Below, piece after piece: positions 37,595 to 50,604 of a DNA stretch of 64,000 nt. A program made the translations under genes and the position numbers. The stretch is from Balanoglossus misakiensis (lineage: Eukaryota; Animalia; Hemichordata). Position 1 is the first letter of the stretch. The number at the start of each line of letters is the position of its first letter. Under the pieces are notes generated by a model. The model saw only the letters and a program-made list of their open reading frames with translations, was not told the origin of the DNA and did no database searches. The stretch spans positions 10,491,656-10,555,655 of the forward strand of contig CM082583.2 of NCBI GenBank assembly GCA_040954595.2, in the 5' to 3' direction.

Positions 37595-40500
37595 GTGAGA
37601 AAAAACCCAACGTCAATCGATCCTAATCGTGTTCGTTTTATTCTATCTTTTCTTTTCTGTGTGAGACCAATCGTTTTTATTGTTAGCTAGACACGCTTTT
37701 CTGACCCCAGCCTGTGCATGCGGGGTTTCAGACAACTTGTACTATCGACTGTGACTCTATGAAGGATGGCTGGACTCCAGCTTGGATCTCTTTGTGGCTT
37801 GTTCTTTTTTAGAAAGACACAACAATCACAAACTCTCTGGCCTATCTTTTACGAGTGTGTGCTTTGTATGGTTTGCTGGAAGATGAGTGTAAGGGATGGC
37901 TATTAAAACTGAGAAAACGTGCCTGATGATTGCCAAAAAACACCCCACAAATTGATTAAACGTCTTTTCTGAGATTGTCTTTGGGGATTAAATCGCTACG
38001 ATCGGTGTATAATTGACAACGTTGGTGTAGTTGATACTGATTGCAGGATTGGATGAAATATAACCGTTTCTTGGCTGCAAATCAAGGACACTCTGCTTTG
38101 CGTCTGTTACCCTGGAGTTTTTGCTATGGTCGTCTGTTAAGGAGGTTGTCATGAGCTGTTGAGGGGGAGGGCGACGGGAATCAGGCTTTTGGTCAGATGA
38201 TGCATGGTACATTGGCGATGATTAAAATTCATCACATAGTTATTTACACGTGGTTATTCATATGTTTACCTATAGTACAGGGTAACTTAAGTAATAACCT
38301 TACAGGTGACGGTTTCCTTGGTAACGACATTGAGCAAACCAGGTTTTTTCCGTCGTCACATTTTAACAAAACAGACTGTGGTCATTTTGAGTTTGCAAAT
38401 GATTCCCGGGCTATCATAATCTATCGATTTCCCCACCTTTGGAGAATTATTTTCCTTAATTCGACCACAACGCCCTCAGGGGATACGAAAAAAATGTCCA
38501 CCTCTTTCAACACTGCCCGCCGTTTATCTCGAAAGAGTGCGCATCTGGGTTCTAACAGTAGAAGGTCATAGTATAGAAATGTGACAACGCTGCCATTCTT
38601 AACTGCACACAAGCCAGGAAAGGGGGATTCAAAGCTAATTGAAAAAAAGAATGTATGGAGAGATCCGATGGAATGCAGACATTGCATCACTGCCAAGTGA
38701 ATTGGCATTCTCCGATTCAAGTATAATGAGAGCGATTCAGATTCCTTCGATAATGGTAACCAGGGATTCTGATTCATATTCAAGCCCTGGTTGATTGTAT
38801 CTCGGGAACTTCGCGTTGAATTGCAATACCCGCCAAGTTTCTGACGGGCCTTTGCTGATTTACATCCCCCCCCCCTCCCCCGCAGTGCCAACGCTATTAT
38901 GCCTGCGAGGGCGCAGTTTTATCAATTATTATCTCGTTTTCGGTGGAGTCAATGATGTCGTATTATCGACATCTTCCTTCCACACCTTGAAATTTATTTC
39001 GCACAATAATTACACGTGGTTGAAGTACATGTAAGCTTACGGAGAGCAAATCCCAGGAGAATCTCCCCCTTTGACGTGTCGTAAAATACACTAAATAGAA
39101 ATTAGACTCGAAGGCGGCACAGGTCGTAAAAACTAGTGAAAGAAAGTAATACTTTAAATGCGTTTTAAGGACCCAGAAAACCGTCCCTCTACGTTGGAGG
39201 TCGTGGATGCATTGACATCCTATTCATACCTGTGTGTGTGGGGTCACAGGAAGTGACCCGCTACAAGACCTCCAACAAGCTGGTTTCACTCTGTCCTTTC
39301 CAGACTCGCAGGTTTCACAGTAAGTGAATTTCATGTTTTCGTTTACTAATGTTGTATTCTCACGGTGGACGGGGCGGCTACCCAGTCCAGTCACACACTC
39401 AGAAAACAAGAATCACGGAGGTACACGTAATTCGATTTGGCAGGTATGGCACAGAAAGGCCATACGTCAAAGATTTACCTAGACTTCTCACAGTGACAAA
39501 TCAAACCCATGTGTTTGTAATGTTGCGCTCCGATTTCTCTGTAATTTTTTGTCATTTTGCGCTCGCACTATTTTAAAAATATATCATAAATAGATAATAA
39601 AAATTGTAAGGCATTGTATAGGCCTATCTAAGGTCAAGAAAATAAACTTTGTAATTCAGTCCAAACCAAAAATGTTGGTGGACTTTCCGCTGCCTTTACC
39701 TTGAAAATACACAATGTAAACTCGTGGCATTGTTTCACCTTGATGACGTCATACTTTAGCTCATCTAGAGACATCATCGCCTTCCTTCAGTCTATTGTTT
39801 GCAGTTCTCTGCCCAGTTTGGTGTGACATTTTAATCCGTTCTTTATAACGTTGGCTTTTATTCCATAATACCCGTCAACGAGAATAGGAAAGGATTCCCT
39901 CGGGCAATGGCATAGACAGCCTATGGGTGCAGGTAGCTTTGGTTTTAGAGCAACTCTAGAATGATTTGCGCCTAAGGGGTGCAACACGAATATTTGTAGG
40001 CTAACAGGTGCAAGAAATCAATGTATTTTATCCCAGTTTTCATGATATAAAGAAAGCTAAATTTATTTCTTGGGAAATTGTGAACAGAAATTGAATAAGC
40101 CGGGCGGTCAACTTTACTTCGTACCAGCTGCAGCTTTCTTCTATGCATGGCTGAATTATTCGATTTCCAGTCGCTTTTGTTTTATTTTGTGCACACGGTT
40201 GATAGTAGGATTTGGCGTGTCTCAAATATTGAAAGAGGCCACTTTGTTCTTATTTCCATATTAGCTACTACAGCTGTACTGTCTGCATCAGAAGGGGACA
40301 AAAAGGTCACGGGTCAATCTTGACCAAAAATTGGGCGTGGCCTCGTTATGTGGATTTGCGGCGAATATTCTATACTTTCGTTTAACGTACAGGATTCTGG
40401 CCGCGATTTTTCGAGTTAAATCATTTTGTTACTATCATTGAAGGATGCAAAGTACTTTGTTTTCTACAAACAATAACAGTTCTATTCGCGGCGACTAGAA

Positions 40501-43161
40501 GCCTTTGTTATAAGTTTTAAACAGCTACTTAGAGCATCCGAGGTTTATGTTACGCCTGATCCTTTCGATGATGACACTTCAGACTACCAGCGAACAGTCC
40601 AGCCGTTATAAGACGGATGGAAAGTGTTTACTCTCATTCTCCACTAATCGCCTTACATGTCATTGGCGTTTTCTTATTCCAATTCTAGACAATTATTAAA
40701 CACTACGAGTGAGTGACTGATGTGAAGATTTAAAAACCGTGTGATCGGCTTGGCAGCTGATTTAATTACACACGATTGCAACTGTGTCTAGAAAGATACA
40801 AATAAGCCGGGGTTCGTCATTAGTAAGTTTCAAAGTTCCCATCATCCCGCTATCGTCAAATTCATAGTACATCCATCATCATTTTATTACACTGGAAAAG
40901 AACTCTGTCCGGATCCGTCACAGACGTCTGAGAAACCATCCCAAACAAGAGAATTGTTCACATACCAAAACCAGCCCGGACAGACGTTTCCGCGATTATT
41001 CATATCCCCAGCTTCTCTTTGTTTACACACTTGCAAGTTTTTTGCGTTTGAAGATGGGTAGAATAAATTAGCGTTTGTGGCAGGTCTGTCGCTTTCAGAA
41101 TTTAGTACGTAGTAAAATGGTGGAATCGGCCATGCTCCAGTTCTGGAGTTTGAAGTTGGCTCGATTGTGTACAGTTTTTAACGAGCACTTCCACCAGGCT
41201 AGTAACCGCGACGGTTCACCAGGTCTCTTATCGGATCGGAGAGAAACCCCGAGGCTGGTGTGAGATAAGTGTGATGCGATGCGTTACACAGACTTGTGTA
41301 TGACAAGGTCACTCTCACACACAGCCTAGATTTTTTTCGATACTGCAAACATCATTTGTAAGCTTATTCCCGTGTTAGAGACACGACAGAGCAGATGCAC
41401 TTTACGTGTCTTCTCTCCAGTGGTTAATTAGGGGTCTCCTTCCCCCTATTACGATGACACACTCCGCCCCCGTGCTATTTAACAGCGACAAAGCTGACTT
41501 GCCCATTATTTACACAGTTATTACTCTTATTTGCTCGCGGTTTATTTAAGTTATAACAAATGCCTCTAGTCAGAAGTCAAGTGTTTACCGACGGCCGCAA
41601 TATTTGCACCCGGCAGAGTTTCAGCCTCGTTTTATTTTTTTGTAGACCTGTCTGGGGTAACGAATTCAACGCTTGAATAGAGTTGATCACAATCTTCATG
41701 AATTAAAACCAACTTAAGCATCACTTCTTTTCGAATGCAGTTTTTTTTCATTGAAAGACTCGTGTGTTATGTAATACGGCCACTCACATGCACGATCTTA
41801 GCTAATTGTACGCATGCGTAGGAAGCTGCATACTGTCTGATAATGAACTGCACAAGTCTCTGACCTGCATCACGCATTTTGTACGCACGACGTTGAACTA
41901 AGGTAGGTTAACTTGAGTTACCCTTCAACACTTTTGAAATATCAGGAGAGACAGAAAGGAACGCCGTTTTCCTTGTAGCCAGTAATTGTGAAACGAACGT
42001 TTCCTTGCTGTGGGAAATTTCTTCAACCCACTTGTACCGCTTCTGGTGAATGGAAAAGACGAATCCACGTGAAAGAAAGCGTTTATTTTGAGTCTTCCGT
42101 CTTCATGATCATTGATGGAATTTGCTCTGTTACGGAATTTAGCGTCCTTTTCCAGCGAAGGAATATCGGAAACATGCATGCGGATTTCAGATTGGAGATG
42201 GGTAATTATATAAATAGAAACAGGGGAAGGACGCCTTAGCTTAGATGTCTACTTCTCAGTTTTGTTCAAAGCGGGGTGCAGGACGCGCATGACTGGTTTT
42301 GACAGGACCTGATCATAATATTATAGCTTTGTTTCCCGCTCACCGGTGTCAGTGAATGTGCTTGGTAATGCAAAGAGGCTAATTTATGTGTCGATCACTG
42401 ACTATTTAAACACACGACAAATAAGAAGGGAATTCTAACTGTACGTCGGGTAATTACCCATTGTTGTCCAGATTCTATGCTTTGGTTGACCCCTTAATCT
42501 TCCAGGCATTCAAGCATGTAGATCCGCAATTAACACCCTTCTTGGAGTTCTTAAGGCATCCCTTGTAATACCGCAACGAAAATGGTGAGATTTCGTTTCA
42601 GGTAGTCAACTAAGGGACTTTGGCTTTTGGATACCAGTAAACTCTAAACAATGACATGAGAAGACGGGCATGTTGACATAGATATAATACCAATGGCATT
42701 CATAAGGTGGACTGGCGTTACCAGAGGAGGGATATTCGTCACCACGCATATGATTAACACTTTCTCCTGCTCTGTTGCTTTGATCTCTTTGTCGGTGTTT
42801 GTTTTGCTATGTTTGCAAAAGGTCTGTGGTTTAAGCAAGCGCGGCCCTGTTATCATGGTGGTGGTCTTGCATGCAAGAATATCGGCACATACAGCTACCG
42901 TTATATAGACACGTTGCGCAATCAGGATGCGTCCATTCTCTGTGATAACATGTATCTTCTTTCCGTGAGCATTTCTTTTTAGTTTCCATTTCGTCGTCTC
43001 AGTTAAGCCAGCGCTACCTTTGTCAACAACTTCGTGGAAGTTACAAGTACGTGTACTTCGTGCCATCACGTTGTCGTTGAAAGACTGACAAGAGCGCCAC
43101 CAATGGTCAGATGGCTTTTCAGGATAAATTGGGCCTCGTTTTATTTCTCATTTGCTGCTAA

Positions 43162-43178
43162 GATGGTGATGTTGATGG

Positions 43179-43212
<34 letters not shown>

Positions 43213-43290
43213 TGATGATGATGATGGTGATGGTGGTGGTGGTGGTGGTGGTGGTGGTGGTGGTGGTGGTGGTGGTGGTGGTGGTGGTGG
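43162..43290. repeat. Compound (GAT)n/(GGT)n microsatellite
   Basis: Imperfect GAT run followed by about 19 perfect GGT units. Confidence 0.95.
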
Positions 43291-45204
43291 AGAGGAATTC
43301 TTTCGACCACGTTTACTTGGGTTTTCCTTTCATCTTCACACGCACACTATGTTGACAGAGTACACATGTAAATGTGATCGTGAGTCTATAGTGCTTCAAA
43401 ATGGATGAAATCAGTCAAATCAAATTCCAATGACCACTAATCCATCTGAGGAAATCACTTGATGGTGAGTGCTGACATTGGTCCAATACAACGCAAAGCC
43501 CTACCCCGGGCGCTGCTGTTGTTCTCCGTTGTTACTGGTGGAGGCACACAACAAACAGTGCATCCAGCAAGTTTCACCACACCCCATGGCTAAACTGTTC
43601 TTTGAGGCCTGGTTGACTGTAACTGTCGAGGCCTATTATTGTGTTGGTTTTGTTATTGTTTTTGTCGTGTATAGCAACTTGATTATCTTGAGGTACCAGT
43701 CTGAAAGACGGGCAATCGACCATTGTTCTGCATCGTCTGTAGAATGAAACTAAAAAAAAACATTGTGTTGTACTTAATCTCAACATTGCCAAGAGTATCT
43801 TAGTGACATTTTTGATATTTTGAAAATATTTTGGTTTGGTGTGTCTTGACTTCTGGTGCCTATTCCCCCCCCCCCCCACCCCCGCAAAAGAGACAAACGT
43901 TAATATCAATTTCCGTCGCTGATTCTAGAATTATCTGATTATGTCACGACCTGGAACTTGACGTGAACATGTGATTCCGGATTGTTATTTCAGCGCTATA
44001 GAAATAGAAATGTCCACCTACTGATCGGAAGAATTGATTTACTCTTGTTTCGCCTACTCCCAACAGGAAGTACATGTATATTCTTTTATTCCGTGTTTTA
44101 TGTGAGAACTTTCTGACATTTCAACTTCATGGGGGCTGTAAAAATAAGTTATGGCAGGACATTCGTTAAAACAATTTTTTTTTGCACGCTTTGGTCTATT
44201 ACTGGCCATTGCATAGACGTAAATTAATGAATTGTTGGGAATGATGGCCTCTTTTAAGTTTAGGCTATGATACCGCCCCCTACAGTTTCATTTTGGTTCG
44301 TTCCCTAGTTTTCCACAACTGCACAAGGCCAACGTCGTCTGGTATTCATGAAGTCTGGTTGCTCCCGTTTGGATACAATTTGGTGGCTATCCCCCTTGTC
44401 TGATGGTGAGCAATACCCTTTGTATTAGACATCGGATATCAGTGATCATTAATCGATAATTAATCAATCGAATTGTAGACAATGGAATTCACATATTCCA
44501 AAGTGAAACCACTCTTGTTAGGAAGAGAGCGAAGTCTGTATTGTTCACAGTCGTATTTGCATGTAACAGTCAAATTGAATCATGAATCACAATGACCGAT
44601 TTTGGGAAATTCGGCTTTGCGTGCGTAGGTTGTACAGGAACATGCGAAGTCATCGTCTATAGCTGAGCTAAGTTATGCGTTTGCGTAGGACGTTGGAATT
44701 TTATGCCGTGATGCATATAATAGAAAACAGAATGTGATTGCGTAATGGAAAATTTCTAATATCATGAGGAGTGGTGGAACACTATCACTAAAGTTGGACA
44801 TATCAAATAAATATATGCTCGCTTTTGGTAGACTTATTCTGTGGTCAAGTTTTAATACTTGCGTGAATATTTCATCCGTGAAATCATTCGATAGGATTCA
44901 GCCAGTCCTTGTCAATATTCAACATTTGAATTATCTCTCAATGTCGGAAATTAAGGCCCTTCTATCATCATGTCACTTGTCTGTGCCAATCGAGACAAGA
45001 TGTCATTTCCCGTTGAAATAAAACAGCTTGCAAATGTTATACTGCCACTTCCCGAAACTGGGAGATAAATCTGTTTTTAATTCCACACTACTGGGAAATA
45101 CAGTTTTATAACTTATACAGTCCTAGTAGACAGCTTCTAGTATTTATTTCTGAAAGGTACTTATCTAACTCGCTGAAAGAAAAGACTATACAAACAGGTT
45201 GAAC

Positions 45205-45221
45205 CATAGACAGTGTCTATG
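45205..45221. mobile_element. 17-bp palindromic insertion with 7-bp TSD (GTTGAAC)
   Basis: GTTGAAC[CATAGACA-G-TGTCTATG]GTTGAAC. Perfect 8-bp TIRs, with exact direct repeats at 45198-45204 and 45222-45228. Confidence 0.65.
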
Positions 45222-48200
45222 GTTGAACTTGTTATACAGTCGTGATCTCGGACCCAGATTCTTTCACGCAAAGGTTCTTTATTTATTAGATACGTTGGTC
45301 ATATTAAGTATGGCATTGTGTCTAAATAATAAGCGACTGGTGGTGTTGATTGTTTTTATACCCTAACATAAACTTAACCCTCCGACCTTGGCTGATGAGA
45401 TGGACGTTACATGCTGCCAATTTGCGTTCGAATACAGGGAATATTGGATCGAGGTCGGAATTTTTGGTCTGCCCCCTGCTGGTGGCAGACGTTCACTGTT
45501 TTGCTGAAGTTGAAGTTTGCTCACTTTAAGGAACAAAGTCACCGTTTTTTGACATACTGGCGGTTTTTATTTTTCACAGTCAATATTACTACCTTGATAC
45601 TCTTAAAGACCATTCATACCTAGAAAATGATACCCATTAGTGGTAAACGATTTGACATCTCAGACCCCGTGCCATCACATCATTAATTGCTTTCAATGTT
45701 AAGCAGAGATTAGGAGTAATGAATTCGTTTTACCTTTACTAACCTCTCTCTGTCAATTAATTGTAATAACTGACCTTTCAAGAGGTTTATGTCTTTGTAG
45801 AGTTTAGTTCAGGCCTTGGGATAATAGAGACGAAATTCTTAAGGAACTTTTGTGTTAATATTATTTGGCTTAAACCGCGTCTGTTGGAATCACACGTTTA
45901 ATTTTGATTGAGCGGTCTTATACAACAGCCCTTCACATCTATACGCAATTCTAAATCTCATCACTGTAATCTTATAAGTTATAAGTCAAGGTCTTAATGA
46001 CCTATGTAGAAAATAAGTGCTTGAATGTTTATATCTCCTGATCGAAGGCTAGATTTTTTTTCGGCTTTTGAAGCCCCTGGCGGCAAAAGTCCTGCTGATT
46101 ACACAAGTGGCACTTTCCCACACGGAAAACATCCAGTCTTGTAGACAATCAGAACACGGTCACGTTTTTGCTTTCATCTTTGTAATCTACCCCATGTATT
46201 ATGACGTAGGATTGGCCAACATTTAGGATCGCATTACTAAATGCTGGCAGTGTGTGCTTAAAAAAAGTTGTGGTCGGGATATAACCTGTAGGCGTCTGTG
46301 TGCATTCTGTGGTGAGTTCTGACTTGCCTTCCTTTCTCGATTTTTCCACAAAACCGCAAAGTTGACAGGAACTGCATGCAGAGCTGATAGAAAACGCCCG
46401 GATCAGTGTTAAGTGGACTGTACCTGCGGTGTGACTTCAAACACTGAACCGGACTTTCGGGGTTATCAGGAGAATAGGAGGGCGGTCGATGTACTATGCC
46501 TATGGGATATGTTGACAAGTTTAGAGGATAGCGTGGGATGGTGTTCGTGAACACTCTGATAATTCTTTATCGTTTAGTTCGTCGGCATTAGCTAACTCCC
46601 CGCGCCCTTGGGATGAGGTCTGGTCATTTAAATACTGAGAGACCTCATCATCACTTGTTGCATCTTCAGTTCATCGGTTGCTTGAAAGCATTTAAACTTC
46701 CAGGTGACATTGTGATTAAAACCTTTTGAGGAATAGTTAACGGAAGGTCGAAGTCAGTACCGACAGATTATTTTTGTTTTACAGAGGTCTAGGATATATG
46801 GAAAAAGACAACATCTGAAAATAACTTGTCACCTCTGAGGGTCAAATGATAATCTTTCTGAAACATGATCCACGACCGTTCAGTGACTTGTGGGTTAATC
46901 TGCATTGGAAACCCCCTTTTTGTCACGTTTGACGAAAATATTGGTTTGTGGCACTGTCAAATGTAGGTCGTTCAGTGACCTTGTGGAGAGAAGCGAGCTG
47001 CGATACGCATCGTATTTCTTGCCCGTGTTATTACTCCTTTGAGGGCACATGCCAGATGAATAAGCCGTTTACGTGGGCCACGTTTCATAAATGCCGTGTT
47101 CGTATAACGGCAATACTTGTTCATAAATGCGACGAGAATTTGTGAGCTGGAAACTATTTTAATGGAGGTCGACCTCATGTGGCCCTATGTGTTCGCAATA
47201 TCTCTCGCAGAGACTTGGACAGTGTACTCCATAGCATAAACTCGAAGCGTCGGACTGAAATTTGATTTCACAGATGCGGTATTTTGTACTCTCATTATAA
47301 TATCTATGGACATTGCATTTAACTGTTCACAAAACAATGTGATGCTTTCTGTAGTCATTTCATTATGACATCAAAATAGTTCAGGAATTTTAAGCTGTAA
47401 TCACTATTCCATTGGCACATATACAGTGCACTCATGGTACATGTTGCAACCTCTGCCCGGAATCAAAATTCATCGTAAGTCAAGTTTAAAGACGTGCGTT
47501 GAAAACCTCATGGAAACTTTGGAGGGGTGGGTGGGTTGGGGGAATTGAGTACAATGGCCTTTTCTTCAGAGGCTTTCGTCTTTTCTTTCCGGAGCTGCAA
47601 ATCCCATGAAAAATATCCTTCACATCCCCTTGTGCATGTCAAACGGTCCTCCCCTCACAAGTTGAAGTCAAATACTTTTTCCGCTATCATAAGTGCATAT
47701 CGCTTTGGTACATTAGAGAACACTCACGTAAGGACTTGTATGTCCACGATTTGAAATTTAATATCTTCGTGCCGTTCGTTTTAGGTTACACTGCTGTCGT
47801 GCCGTGCTGTTCTGAATCTGACAAGACACAACTGATGACAGCCAAGGGCGTGGAATTAAGTCACCGATCCCAAACAGGCGAAGTTGACAATGAAGTTTCC
47901 GCCAAGGCCAACGCTATGTTTTCAATAGAAGATAAATTAATCGTCAAGTAATTTTGTCGCTTGTGTGTGTAAAGAAGGAACACGTTGACGCATCGTCAAC
48001 CGAGCAGTGTCTCATCCTTCGCGTGACTGTCAGGAGAACTTCGTTGGAATTGGTGCTGGACATCTCCAAGGGTGTTTCCTCAGGGACGGGCGGTGCTGTG
48101 ATTGACGGCGCGACGGACCTTGTGAACTTGGTCAAGAGATCGGCTTATACGCAATACAGATTTCTTGCCGAGTAGGTCCGTTATTGAATTACATAAACAG

Positions 48201-50528
48201 AGGTCTTTGCGAAATCCGTGTGTACAGAAGCCCTGTTTTTGCGTTGATAGCTCTTGGCACTTGAGCTTGGAACTTAGCGGAGGTTGCAGAACTATGTCTG
48301 TGAAGTATGCCGCGATGCTGGCACCCAATTCGGTTTGCTAATAGAGTCTACGAGGAGTAACGTTCCTGGGAAAGTTGGAAAAGGAAAAAAGTCGTTACAC
48401 GGTCTACTCATCTCTGCGCTGAGGACAACTCGTTGTGCGTCAAGGACTCTCTTCGTCGTGGAAAAGGAAGGACGGGACGAATACTTTAATCCTTCCTTGG
48501 AAGACCGGATGATGCTTGACATGTACTTGGCGTCACCCTGTGTTTTACTTTAAAAGCGCCACTGCTGTCTTCCATTTACTAATATTCAGGGACAGAAAAT
48601 GAACTCAATACGAATGTTGCTGTCGTCCGTCAAATTAAGGTAGGCGTGCATGTTCAATTTGGTTTATTTTGCTAAGCTGAGAGTAGTTTAATAGATCGTT
48701 ACTGGATGGAATGTTGTTGTTTTGCTGTGCATTTCATGTTTGACTCCAGCCATTACAAATGACAAGCATATATCATGGTTGAAACGTCTCACCGCATGGC
48801 AAATGTGCGTGATGGCAATTTGAGTAAATTGTACAGGATTTAGCCAAAAAGCACATCTTGCCAAGTTCACCATCAATTATCATTTTGCCAAATAATTCGG
48901 AGATTGTTCAAATGCTTGGTACACATGAACTAGTCTGCCAGAACTGTTGCCGCTGTTCTGATGTAGACTGCCACCGTTTCACCGGTGCATACCTGAAGCG
49001 TCTAGAACAATGACCGGTTCAACAGGACTGTATCGTTCTCATGTATGCACAGGCTCGTGTAAACACGGGCGACATGTTTACAATACAATTTCAGCGAGAA
49101 CAGTAACAGCACGAACCCATTAGCTAATAGGCGTAGTTACCCGCAAAGACCTTTCTCTGTAGTTTATAAATGTGAAAATGTCGGTATCCTACTGAGTTCG
49201 GACGCGCGAGAAATCGGATTCCACGGTTGATATCGATAGGAAGCACCTGATGAATAATAAGGAGAACTGGCCTGTCTGATATCGTTCGTAGACTGTGGTG
49301 CTCGCCAGAAAAGTCGTGAATGTGTTTTCAACCAGGTGAAGTGAACGAACGGCGACCCACAGAAACAGCGATGACCTTTATCACGCAAATGCCTGAATGT
49401 TCACAACGATTAGAGAGGGACTCCGATTCCAATTAAATTTGAAAGTGCCATTGAAATCAAAGAATGTCGCATGCATACAACCAGTCCGTTCAGTTGCCAG
49501 TATTAGGTGTAGACTGCGGAGTCACAACCCAACCCGACGAACGCATAACAATCCCTTTGTTATTCGACAGTAGTCGTGATTTTATGTGAATTCGTTGTGA
49601 ACTGCCAGTATGTTAATTTTTCCATTAAATCGCGGCGATTCCCTCCGTAGCATTCAGGGAACCGTGCAGTATAATAACAACAGTTTGGGTAAAAACCTTG
49701 CGGGGAGATATTGCCCTTTCCACTGGGCAGAAAAATGATAATTGAATCAATATCTTTGGTATGTTTGCAATTTTTACATTGTTTGTCCTTTGTTCATTTT
49801 GCTGTATTGTGGGAGAGATATTTCGACATGTGCGCACACGACCGCCGTGACGAAATGTATACGCAACACCTCGACCCACACACCCCTGAAACGCAAATGG
49901 AAAAGTCTCGAAAGGCTCTCTTCTTCGTGGGCGGTTGGGAGTGACTATTAAACGTTAGGTATGCTTCATTGGAAATATCAGTATCATAGTTCAATGGAAT
50001 AAAGTGAGACAGTGCCTGCCTTCGCCTCCTCGCTGACACAACTGCGAACTAGTTATTTACAGAGCCCTTGGAAAGCCCTCTAACTGGCAACGGGTCAATC
50101 TTGAGGGGAAGATTACAAGTACGGTTTATTTCCGTCCGGCGGAGTCTTTATAGGAGCCAATTCAGCGTCTTGTCTTCGGCGGGTGGAGTTAGTGTCTGTG
50201 TGTGTTCAGGGGGGTTAAGGTTGTCTGTGAACACCCAACACCCATGCAAGGGCTGGTCGTGAATCCATGGACTATGTAGCCTTCTGTGGCTTTCCAAGTG
50301 CGTACAATATTGTGCCGTTGAACAAGACCTTAGGCGATGACAAAACAAGCACTCGGGTGAGTTCTGTGGGACGTGACCACGTTCTGGGAAGTCCAGTCGG
50401 CAAATATTGTGTATATGAAGGTGTTCGCCGCAGATTAAGTTCACCACGTAACGCGTCTACCAGACGACGTGATGGCCCTCTGATAGCAATAATACAAGCC
50501 ATTTAACCATTCACATTCTTTCACACAG

Positions 50529-50604
50529 GTGGATATGTGTGCAGACATGCGTCCTAATGATTTCATGGGTATCGCTATCATCTTGGGCAAGTGAACTACC
50601 AAAG
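50529..50604 (+). CDS. THSD4: THSD4/ADAMTSL-like gene, signal-peptide exon (WICVQTCVLMISWVSLSSWASELPK)
   Basis: Acceptor ttctttcacacAG and donor AAG|GTGAGT. The hydrophobic peptide ends in phase 0, compatible with the exon at 57471. Confidence 0.65.

Noticed and set aside
38151-38165. Cys-TGA-Gly resembling a CUG selenocysteine motif
   Set aside because: It would lie in a cleaved signal peptide, the exon itself is uncertain, and no SECIS can be assessed.
42644-43069. 141-aa ORF (likewise 18690-19115, 1237-1629, 62782-63171 and the other 60-150 aa ORFs)
   Set aside because: No recognisable domains, mostly non-ATG or weak starts, and lengths expected at random in intronic or intergenic DNA.
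43034-43408. ORF with poly-Met, poly-Asp and poly-Gly
   Set aside because: It is a translation of the (GAT)n(GGT)n microsatellite.
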